Made by a program: the position numbers and the translations under genes. DNA of 64,000 bases from Auanema rhodensis. Its lineage: Eukaryota > Animalia > Nematoda. The stretch covers positions 1 to 64,000 of the forward strand of contig CAXKVF010000102.1 of NCBI GenBank assembly GCA_964057225.1, in the 5' to 3' direction. Positions within the stretch are counted from its first letter, which is position 1. The number at the start of each line of letters is the position of its first letter. Below the pieces are notes generated by a model. The model was not told the origin of the DNA and made no database searches. It saw nothing but the letters and a program-made list of their open reading frames with translations. This document shows, piece after piece, positions 53,601 through 64,000 of this stretch.

Positions 53601-55090
53601 GTGCATGGTAACCATGACTTTGAAATTTACGTGAACTTTAATTTATGCTAATTAAATGTACACGTGATGTGCACTTGGTATGTAACTCGCTTCACGTGAA
53701 AGATAAAGAGATGCGGTTTTCAAAGTTAGATTCCCCATGTCCATATTAGTCTAAAAACAAATTTTTATTGATATTGGTGCATGGTAACCATGACTTTGAA
53801 ATTTACGTGAACTTTAATTTATGCTAATTAAGTGTACACGTGATGTGCACTTGGTATGTAACTCGCTTCACGTGAAAGATAAAGAGATGCGGTTTTCAAA
53901 ATTAGATTCCCCATGTCCATATTAGTCTAAAAACAAATTTTTATTGATATTGGTTCATGGTAAACATGACTTTGAAATTTACGTGAACTTTAATTTATGC
54001 TAATTAAATGTACACGTGATGTGCACTTGGTATGTAACTCGCTTCACGTGAAAGATAAAGAGATGCGGTTTTCAAAGTTAGATTTCCCATGTCCATATTA
54101 GTCTAAATACAAATTTTTATTGATATTGGTGCATGGTAACCATGACTTTGAAATTTACGTGAACTTTAATTTATGCTAATTAAATGTACACGTGATGTGC
54201 ACTTGGTATGTAACTCGCTTCACGTGAAAGATAAAGAGATGCGGTTTTCAAAGTTAGATTTCCCATGTCCATATTAGTCTAAAAACAAATTTTTATTGAT
54301 ATTGGTTCATGGTAACCATGACTTTGAAATTTACGTGAACTTTAATTTATGCTAATTAAATGTACACGTGATGTGCACTTGGTATGTAACTCGCTTCACG
54401 TGAAAGATAAAGAGATGCGGTTTTCAAAATTAGATTCCCCATGTCCATATTAGTCTAAAAACCAATTTTTATTGATATTGGTTCATGGTAAACATGACTT
54501 TGAAATTTACGTGAACTTTAATTTATGCTAATTAAATGTACACGTGATGTGCACTTGGTATGTAACTCGCTTCACGTGAAAGATAAAGAGATGCGGTTTT
54601 CAAAATTAGATTCCCCATGTCCATATTAGTCTAAAAACCAATTTTTATTGATATTGGTGCATGGTAACCATGACTTTGAAATTTACGTGAACTTTAATTT
54701 ATGCTAATTAAATGTACACGTGATGTGCACTTGGTATGTAACTCGCTTCACGTGAAAGATAAAGAGATGCGGTTTTCAAAATTAGATTCCCCATGTCCAT
54801 ATTAGTCTAAAAACAAATTTTTATTGATATTGGTTCATGGTAAACATGACTTTGAAATTTACGTGAACTTTAATTTATGCTAATTAAATGTACACGTGAT
54901 GTGCACTTGGTATGTAACTCGCTTCACGTGAAAGATAAAGAGATGCGGTTTTCAAAATTAGATTTCCCATGTCCATATTAGTCTAAAAACAAATTTCTAT
55001 TGATATTGGTGCATGGTAACCATGACTTTGAAATTTACGTGAACTTTAATTTATGCTAATTAAATGTACACGTGATGTGCACTTGGTATG
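47699..55090. repeat. Domain of an approximately 9-monomer higher-order unit (three copies with internal duplications/insertions)
   Basis: Recurrent ordered series: G26A+C51T, A43G+C51T, A43G+A150G, plain, A43G+C51T+A74T, A43G+C51T, then the C77/T97/A106 monomer (C77 at 49183, 51471, 54463). Confidence 0.85.
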
Positions 55091-58000
55091 TAACTCGCTT
55101 CACGTGAAAGATAAAGAGATGCGGTTTTCAAAGTTAGATTCCCCATGTCCATATTAGTCTAAAAACAAATTTTTATTGATATTGGTGCATGGTAACCATG
55201 ACTTTGAAATTTACGTGAACTTTAATTTATGCTAATTAAGTGTACACGTGATGTGCACTTGGTATGTAACTCGCTTCACGTGAAAGATAAAGAGATGCGG
55301 TTTTCAAAATTAGATTCCCCATGTCCATATTAGTCTAAAAACCAATTTTTATTGATATTGGTGCATGGTAACCATGACTTTGAAATTTACGTGAACTTTA
55401 ATTTATGCTAATTAAATGTACACGTGATGTGCACTTGGTATGTAACTCGCTTCACGTGAAAGATAAAGAGATGCGGTTTTCAAAATTAGATTCCCCATGT
55501 CCATATTAGTCTAAAAACAAATTTTTATTGATATTGGTTCATGGTAAACATGACTTTGAAATTTACGTGAACTTTAATTTATGCTAATTAAATGTACACG
55601 TGATGTGCACTTGGTATGTAACTCGCTTCACGTGAAAGATAAAGAGATGCGGTTTTCAAAATTAGATTTCCCATGTCCATATTAGTCTAAAAACAAATTT
55701 CTATTGATATTGGTGCATGGTAACCATGACTTTGAAATTTACGTGAACTTTAATTTATGCTAATTAAATGTACACGTGATGTGCACTTGGTATGTAACTC
55801 GCTTCACGTGAAAGATAAAGAGATGCGGTTTTTAAAGTTAGATTCCCCATGTCCATATTAGTCTAAAAACAAATTTTTATTGATATTGGTGCATGGTAAC
55901 CATGACTTTGAAATTTACGTGAACTTTAATTTATGCTAATTAAGTGTACACGTGATGTGCACTTGGTATGTAACTCGCTTCACGTGAAAGATAAAGAGAT
56001 GCGGTTTTCAAAATTAGATTCCCCATGTCCATATTAGTCTAAAAACAAATTTTTATTGATATTGGTTCATGGTAAACATGACTTTGAAATTTACGTGAAC
56101 TTTAATTTATGCTAATTAAGTGTACACGTGATGTGCACTTGGTATGTAACTCGCTTCACGTGAAAGATAAAGAGATGCGGTTTTCAAAATTAGATTCCCC
56201 ATGTCCATATTAGTCTAAAAACAAATTTTTATTGATATTGGTTCATGGTAAACATGACTTTGAAATTTACGTGAACTTTAATTTATGCTAATTAAATGTA
56301 CACGTGATGTGCACTTGGTATGTAACTCGCTTCACGTGAAAGATAAAGAGATGCGGTTTTCAAAGTTAGATTTCCCATGTCCATATTAGTCTAAAAACAA
56401 ATTTTTATTGATATTGGTGCATGGTAACCATGACTTTGAAATTTACGTGAACTTTAATTTATGCTAATTAAATGTACACGTGATGTGCACTTGGTATGTA
56501 ACTCGCTTCACGTGAAAGATAAAGAGATGCGGTTTTCAAAGTTAGATTTCCCATGTCCATATTAGTCTAAAAACAAATTTTTATTGATATTGGTGCATGG
56601 TAACCATGACTTTGAAATTTACGTGAACTTTAATTTATGCTAATTAAATGTACACGTGATGTGCACTCGGTATGTAACTCGCTTCACGTGAAAGATAAAG
56701 AGATGCGGTTTTCAAAATTAGATTCCCCATGTCCATATTAGTCTAAAAACAAATTTTTATTGATATTGGTTCATGGTAACCATGACTTTGAAAATTACGT
56801 GAACTTTAATTTATGCTAATTAAATGTACACGTGATGTGCACTTGGTATGTAATTTGCTTCACGTGAAAGATAAAAAGATGCGGTTTTCAAAATTAGATT
56901 CCCCATGTCCATATTAGTCTAAAAACAAATTTTTATTGATATTGGTGCATGTTAACCATGACTTTGAAATTTACGTGAACTTTAATTTATGCTAATTAAA
57001 TGTACACGTGATGTGCACTTGGTATGTAACTCGCTTCACGTGAAAGATAAAGAGATGCGGTTTTCAAAATTAGATTCCCCATGTCCATATTAGTCTAAAA
57101 ACAAATTTTTATTGATATTGGTTCATGGTAAACATGACTTTGAAATTTACGTGAACTTTAATTTATGCTAATTAAATGTACACGTGATGTGCACTTGGTA
57201 TGTAACTCGCTTCACGTGAAAGATAAAGAGATGCGGTTTTCAAAATTAGAATCCCCATGTCCATATTAGTCTAAATACAAATTTTTATTGATATTGGTGC
57301 ATGGTAACCATGACTTTGAAATTTACGTGAACTTTAATTTATGCTAATTAAATGTACACGTGATGTGCACTTGATATGTAACTCGCTTCACGTGAAAGAT
57401 AAAGAGATGCGGTTTTCAAAATTAGATTCCCCATGTCCATATTAGTCTAAAAACAAATTTTTATTGATATTGGTTCATGGTAACCATGACTTTGAAATTT
57501 ACGTGAACTTTAATTTATGCTAATTAAATGTACACGTGATGTGCACTTGGTATGTAACTCGCTTCACGTGAAAAATAAAGAGATGCGGTTTTCAAAATTA
57601 GATTCCCCATGTCCATATTAGTCTAAAAACAAATTTTTATTGATATTGGTTCATGGTAACCATGACTTTGAAATTTACGTGAACTTTAATTTATGCTAAT
57701 TAAATGTACACGTGATGTGCACTTGGTATGTAACTCGCTTCACGTGAAAGATAAAGAGATGCGGTTTTCAAAATTAGATTCCCCATGTCCATATTAGTCT
57801 AAAAACAAATTTTTATTGATATTGCTTCATGGTAACCATGACTTTGAAATTTACGTGAACTTTAATTTATGCTAATTAAATGTACACGTGATGTGCACTT
57901 GGTATGTAACTCGCTTCACGTGAAAGATAAAGAGATGCGGTTTTCAAAATTAGATTCCCCATGTCCATATTAGTCTAAAAACAAATTTTTATTGATATTG

Positions 58001-61000
58001 GTTCATGGTAACCATGACTTTGAAATTTACGTGAACTTTAATTTATGCTAATTAAATGTACACGTGATGTGCACTTGGTATGTAACTCGCTTCACGTGAA
58101 AGATAAAGAGATGCGGTTTTCAAAATTAGATTCCCCATGTCCATATTAGTCTAAAAACAAATTTTTATTGATATTGCTTCATGGTAACCATGACTTTGAA
58201 ATTTACGTGAACTTTAATTTATGCTAATTAAATGTACACGTGATGTGCACTTGTTATGTAACTCGCTTCACGTGAAAGATAAAGAGATGCGGTTTTCAAA
58301 ATTAGATTCCCCATGTCCATATTAGTCTAAAAACAAATTTTTATTGATATTGGTGCATGGTAACCATGACTTTGAAATTTACGTGAACTTTAATTTATGC
58401 TAATTAAATGTACACGTGATGTGCACTTGTTATGTAACTCGCTTCACGTGAAAGATAAAGAGATGCGGTTTTCAAAATTAGATTCCCCATGTCCATATTA
58501 GTCTAAAAACAAATTTTTATTGATATTGGTTCATGGTAAACATGACTTTGAAATTTACGTGAACTTTAATTTATGCTAATTAAATGTACACGTGATGTGC
58601 ACTTGGTATGTAACTCGCTTCACGTGAAAGATAAAGAGATGCGGTTTTCAAAATTAGATTCCCCATGTCCATATTAGTCTCAATACAAATTTTTATTGAT
58701 ATTGGTGCATGGTAACCATGACTTTGAAATTTACGTGAACTTTAATTTATGCTAATTAAATGTACACGTGATGTGCACTTGGTATGTAACTCGCTTCACG
58801 TGAAAGATAAAAAGATGCGGTTTTCAAAATTAGAATCCCCATGTCCATATTAGTCTAAAAACAAATTTTTATTGATATTGGTGCATGGTAACCATGACTT
58901 TGAAATTTACGTGAACTTTAATTTATGCTAATTAAATGTACACGTGATGTGCACTTGGTATGTAACTCGCTTCACGTGAAAGATAAAGAGATGCGGTTTT
59001 CAAAATTAGATTCCCCATGTCCATATTAGTCTAAAAACAAATTTTTATTGATATTGGTTCATGGTAAACATGACTTTGAAATTTACGTGAACTTTAATTT
59101 ATGCTAATTAAATGTACACGTGATGTGCACTTGGTATGTAACTCGCTTCACGTGAAAGATAAAGAGATGCGGTTTTCAAAATTAGATTCCCCATGTCCAT
59201 ATTAGTCTAAAAACCAATTTTTATTGATATTGGTGCATGGTAACCATGACTTTGAAATTTACGTGAACTTTAATTTATGCTAATTAAATGTACACGTGAT
59301 GTGCACTTGGTATGTAACTCGCTTCACGTGAAAGATAAAGAGATGCGGTTTTCAAAATTAGATTCCCCATGTCCATATTAGTCTAAAAACAAATTTTTAT
59401 TGATATTGGTTCATGGTAACCATGACTTTGAAATTTACGTGAACTTTAATTTATGCTAATTAAATGTACACGTGATGTGCACTTGGTATGTAACTCGCTT
59501 CACGTGAAAGATAAAGAGATGCGGTTTTCAAATTAGATTCCCCATGTCCATATTAGTCTAAAAACAAATTTTTATTGATATTGGTTCATGGTAAACATGA
59601 CTTTGAAATTTACGTGAACTTTAATTTATGCTAATTAAATGTACACGTGATGTGCACTTGGTATGTAACTCGCTTCACGTGAAAGATAAAGAGATGCGGT
59701 TTTCAAAATTAGATTCCCATGTCCATATTAGTCTAAAAACCAATTTTTATTGATATTGGTGCATGGTAACCATGACTTTGAAATTTACGTGAACTTTAAT
59801 TTATGCTAATTAAATGTACACGTGATGTGCACTTGGTATGTAACTCGCTTCACGTGAAAGATAAAGAGATGCGGTTTTCAAAATTAGATTCCCCATGTCC
59901 ATATTAGTCTAAAAACAAATTTTTATTGATATTGGTTCATGGTAACCATGACTTTGAAATTTACGTGAACTTTAATTTATGCTAATTAAATGTACACGTG
60001 ATGTGCACTTGGTATGTAACTCGCTTCACGTAAAAGATAAAGAGATGCGGTTTTCAAAATTAGATTCCCCATGTCCATATTAGTCTAAAAACAAATTTTT
60101 ATTGATATTGGTTCATGGTAACCATGACTTTGAAATTTACGTGAACTTTAATTTATGCTAATTAAATGTACACGTGATGTGCACTTGGTATGTAACTCGC
60201 TTCACGTGAAAAATAAAGAGATGCGGTTTTCAAAATTAGATTCCCCATGTCCATATTAGTCTAAAAACAAATTTTTATTGATATTGGTTCATGGTAACCA
60301 TGACTTTGAAATTTACGTGAACTTTAATTTATGCTAATTAAATGTACACGTGATGTGCACTTGGTATGTAACTCGCTTCACGTGAAAGATAAAGAGATGC
60401 GGTTTTCAAAATTAGATTCCCCATGTCCATATTAGTCTAAAAACAAATTTTTATTGATATTGCTTCATGGTAACCATGACTTTGAAATTTACGTGAACTT
60501 TAATTTATGCTAATTAAATGTACACGTGATGTGCACTTGGTATGTAACTCGCTTCACGTGAAAGATAAAGAGATGCGGTTTTCAAAATTAGATTCCCCAT
60601 GTCCATATTAGTCTAAAAACAAATTTTTATTGATATTGGTTCATGGTAACCATGACTTTGAAATTTACGTGAACTTTAATTTATGCTAATTAAATGTACA
60701 CGTGATGTGCACTTGGTATGTAACTCGCTTCACGTGAAAGATAAAGAGATGCGGTTTTCAAAATTAGATTCCCCATGTCCATATTAGTCTAAAAACAAAT
60801 TTTTATTGATATTGCTTCATGGTAACCATGACTTTGAAATTTACGTGAACTTTAATTTATGCTAATTAAATGTACACGTGATGTGCACTTGTTATGTAAC
60901 TCGCTTCACGTGAAAGATAAAGAGATGCGGTTTTCAAAATTAGATTCCCCATGTCCATATTAGTCTAAAAACCAATTTTTATTGATATTGGTGCATGGTA

Positions 61001-64000
61001 ACCATGACTTTGAAATTTACGTGAACTTTAATTTATGCTAATTAAATGTACACGTGATGTGCACTTGGTATGTAACTCGCTTCACGTGAAAGATAAAGAG
61101 ATGCGGTTTTCAAAATTAGATTCCCCATGTCCATATTAGTCTAAAAACAAATTTTTGTTGATATTGCTTCATGGTAACCATGACTTTGAAATTTACGTGA
61201 ACTTTAATTTATGCTAATTAAATGTACACGTGATGTGCACTTGTTATGTAACTCGCTTCACGTGAAAGATAAAGAGATGCGGTTTCAAAATTAGATTCCC
61301 CATGTCCATATTAGTCTAAAAACCAATTTTTATTGATATTGGTGCATGGTAACCATGACTTTGAAATTTACGTGAACTTTAATTTATGCTAATTAAATGT
61401 ACACGTGATGTGCACTTGGTATGTAACTCGCTTCACGTGAAAGATAAAGAGATGCGGTTTTCAAAATTAGATTCCCCATGTCCATATTAGTCTAAAAACA
61501 AATTTTTATTGATATTGGTTCATGGTAACCATGACTTTGAAATTTACGTGAACTTTAATTTATGCTAATTAAATGTACACGTGATGTGCACTTGGTATGT
61601 AACTCGCTTCATGTGGAAGATAAAGAGATGCGGTTTTCAAAATTAGATTCCCCATGTCCATATTAGTCTAAAAACAAATTTTTATTGATATTGGTTCATG
61701 GTAAACATGACTTTGAAATTTACGTGAACTTTAATTTATGCTAATTAAATGTACACGTGATGTGCACTTGGTATGTAACTCGCTTCACGTGAAAGATAAA
61801 GAGATGCGGTTTTCAAAATTAGATTCCCCATGTCCATATTAGTCTAAAACAAATTTTTATTGATATTGGTGCATGGTAACCATGACTTTGAAATTTACGT
61901 GAACTTTAATTTATGCTAATTAAATGTACACGTGATGTGCACTTGGTATGTAACTCGCTTCACGTGAAAGATAAAGAGATGCGGTTTTCAAAATTAGATT
62001 CCCCATGTCCATATTAGTCTAAAAACCAATTTTTATTGATATTGGTGCATGGTAACCATGACTTTGAAATTTACGTGAACTTTAATTTATGCTAATTAAA
62101 TGTACACGTGATGTGCACTTGGTATGTAACTCGCTTCACGTGAAAGATAAAGAGATGCGGTTTTCAAAATTAGATTCCCCATGTCCATATTAGTCTAAAA
62201 ACAAATTTTTATTGATATTGGTTCATGGTAACCATGACTTTGAAATTTACGTGAACTTTAATTTATGCTAATTAAATGTACACGTGATGTGCACTTGGTA
62301 TGTAACTCGCTTCAAGTGAAAGATAAAGAGATGCGGTTTTCAAATTAGATTCCCCATGTCCATATTAGTCTAAAAACAAATTTTTATTGATATTGGTTCA
62401 TGGTAAACATGACTTTGAAATTTACGTGAACTTTAATTTATGCTAATTAAATGTACACGTGATGTGCACTTGGTATGTAACTCGCTTCACGTGAAAGATA
62501 AAGAGATGCGGTTTTCAAAATTAGATTCCCCATGTCCATATTAGTCTAAAAACAAATTTTTATTGATATTGGTGCATGGTAACCATGACTTTGAAATTTA
62601 CGTGAACTTTAATTTATGCTAATTAAATGTACACGTGATGTGCACTTGGTATGTAACTCGCTTCACGTGAAAGATAAAGAGATGCGGTTTTCAAAATTAG
62701 ATTCCCCATGTCCATATTAGTCTAAAAACCAATTTTTATTGATATTGGTGCATGGTAACCATGACTTTGAAATTTACGTGAACTTTAATTTATGCTAATT
62801 AAATGTACACGTGATGTGCACTTGGTATGTAACTCGCTTCACGTGAAAGATAAAGAGATGCGGTTTTCAAAATTAGATTCCCCATGTCCATATTAGTCTA
62901 AAAACAAATTTTTATTGATATTGGTTCATGGTAACCATGACTTTGAAATTTACGTGAACTTTAATTTATGCTAATTAAATGTACACGTGATGTGCACTTG
63001 GTATGTAACTCGCTTCAAGTGAAAGATAAAGAGATGCGGTTTTCAAATTAGATTCCCCATGTCCATATTAGTCTAAAAACAAATTTTTATTGATATTGGT
63101 TCATGGTAAACATGACTTTGAAATTTACGTGAACTTTAATTTATGCTAATTAAATGTACACGTGATGTGCACTTGGTATGTAACTCGCTTCACGTGAAAG
63201 ATAAAGAGATGCGGTTTTCAAATTAGATTCCCCATGTCCATATTAGTCTAAAAACAATTTTTATTGATATTGGTGCATGGTAACCATGACTTTGAAATTT
63301 ACGTGAACTTTAATTTATGCTAATTAAATGTACACGTGATGTGCACTTGGTATGTAACTCGCTTCACGTGAAAGATAAAGAGATGCGGTTTTCAAAATTA
63401 GATTCCCCATGTCCATATTAGTCTAAAAACAATTTTTATTGATATTGGTGCATGGTAACCATGACTTTGAAATTTACGTGAACTTTAATTTATGCTAATT
63501 AAATGTACACGTGATGTGCACTTGGTATGTAACTCGCTTCACGTGAAAGATAAAGAGATGCGGTTTTCAAATTAGATTCCTCATGTCCATATTAGTCTAA
63601 AAACAAATTTTTATTGATATTGGTTCATGGTAAACATGACTTTGAAATTTACGTGAACTTTAATTTATGCTAATTAAATGTACACGTGATGTGCACTTGG
63701 TATGTAACTCGCTTCACGTGAAAGATAAAGAGATGCGGTTTTCAAAATTAGAATCCCATGTCCATATTAGTCTAAATACAAATTTTTATTGATATTGGTG
63801 CATGGTAACCATGACTTTGAAATTTACGTGAACTTTAATTTATGCTAATTAAATGTACACGTGATGTGCACTTGGTATGTAACTCGCTTCACGTGAAAGA
63901 TAAAGAGATGCGGTTTTCAAAATTAGATTCCCATGTCCATATTAGTCTAAAAACAAATTTTTATTGATATTGGTTCATGGTAACCATGACTTTGAAATTT

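Larger units (their letters stand above)
1..64000. repeat. 176-bp tandem satellite DNA array (~363.7 monomers), putative centromeric/pericentromeric; runs off both window edges
   Basis: TAACTCGCTT recurs at 1, 177, 353, ... 2641, 5281, 15841, an exact 176-bp period. The phase shifts only at small homopolymer indels: +3 at 18867-18873, -1 at ~38055 and twelve -1 events after 59.5 kb. These sum correctly to the monomer start observed at 63181 and to the last monomer at 63880. No non-repeat sequence anywhere. The centromeric assignment is inferred from nucleosome-scale length and homogeneity. Confidence 0.99.

Noticed and set aside
1-64000. CRISPR array or other repeat-spacer system
   Set aside because: There are no unique spacers: the entire 176 bp is repeated near-identically. 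No leader or cas genes are present.
1-64000. Information-bearing code in the order of monomer types
   Set aside because: The order is explained by nested block duplication and in-register exchange. Nothing indicates programmed or templated diversification.
1-64000. Transposon insertion, strand inversion or telomeric repeat within the array
   Set aside because: The 176-bp phase is accounted for from start to end by small homopolymer indels alone, leaving no room for foreign sequence, and all monomers read in the same orientation.

Overview
The whole window (1-64000) is one uninterrupted head-to-tail tandem array of a 176-bp AT-rich satellite monomer (about 32% GC by hand count): 363 full monomers plus a partial 364th, all in the same orientation. 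Consensus in the phase of position 1: TAACTCGCTTCACGTGAAAGATAAAGAGATGCGGTTTTCAAAATTAGATTCCCCATGTCCATATTAGTCTAAAAAC[A/C]AATTTTTATTGATATTGGT[T/G]CATGGTAA[C/A]CATGACTTTGAAATTTACGTGAACTTTAATTTATGCTAATTAAATGTACACGTGATGTGCACTTGGTATG. Monomers differ from it at only a few positions. I found no genes, RNA genes, transposon insertions, inversions or CRISPR spacers. The three 60-aa ORFs are ordinary monomers in which one T>C change removes a TAG. Monomer length and homogeneity fit a eukaryotic centromeric or pericentromeric satellite (inference); I do not recognise the family or the host. The information lies in the order of rare variants. They show nested, irregular higher-order duplications of 2 to about 33 monomers, variant sets that turn over along the array, and in-register exchange breakpoints inside monomers. 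The monomer is dense in dyad symmetries, including an almost invariant 41-bp hairpin and three ACGTGA motifs 32-33 bp apart. A cluster of 1-bp homopolymer deletions in the last 4.5 kb is probably partly an assembly artefact. I see no evidence for a new protein-coding system. Monomer numbers (m1...) and within-monomer positions use the phase starting at window position 1, and all variant calls were read by eye.
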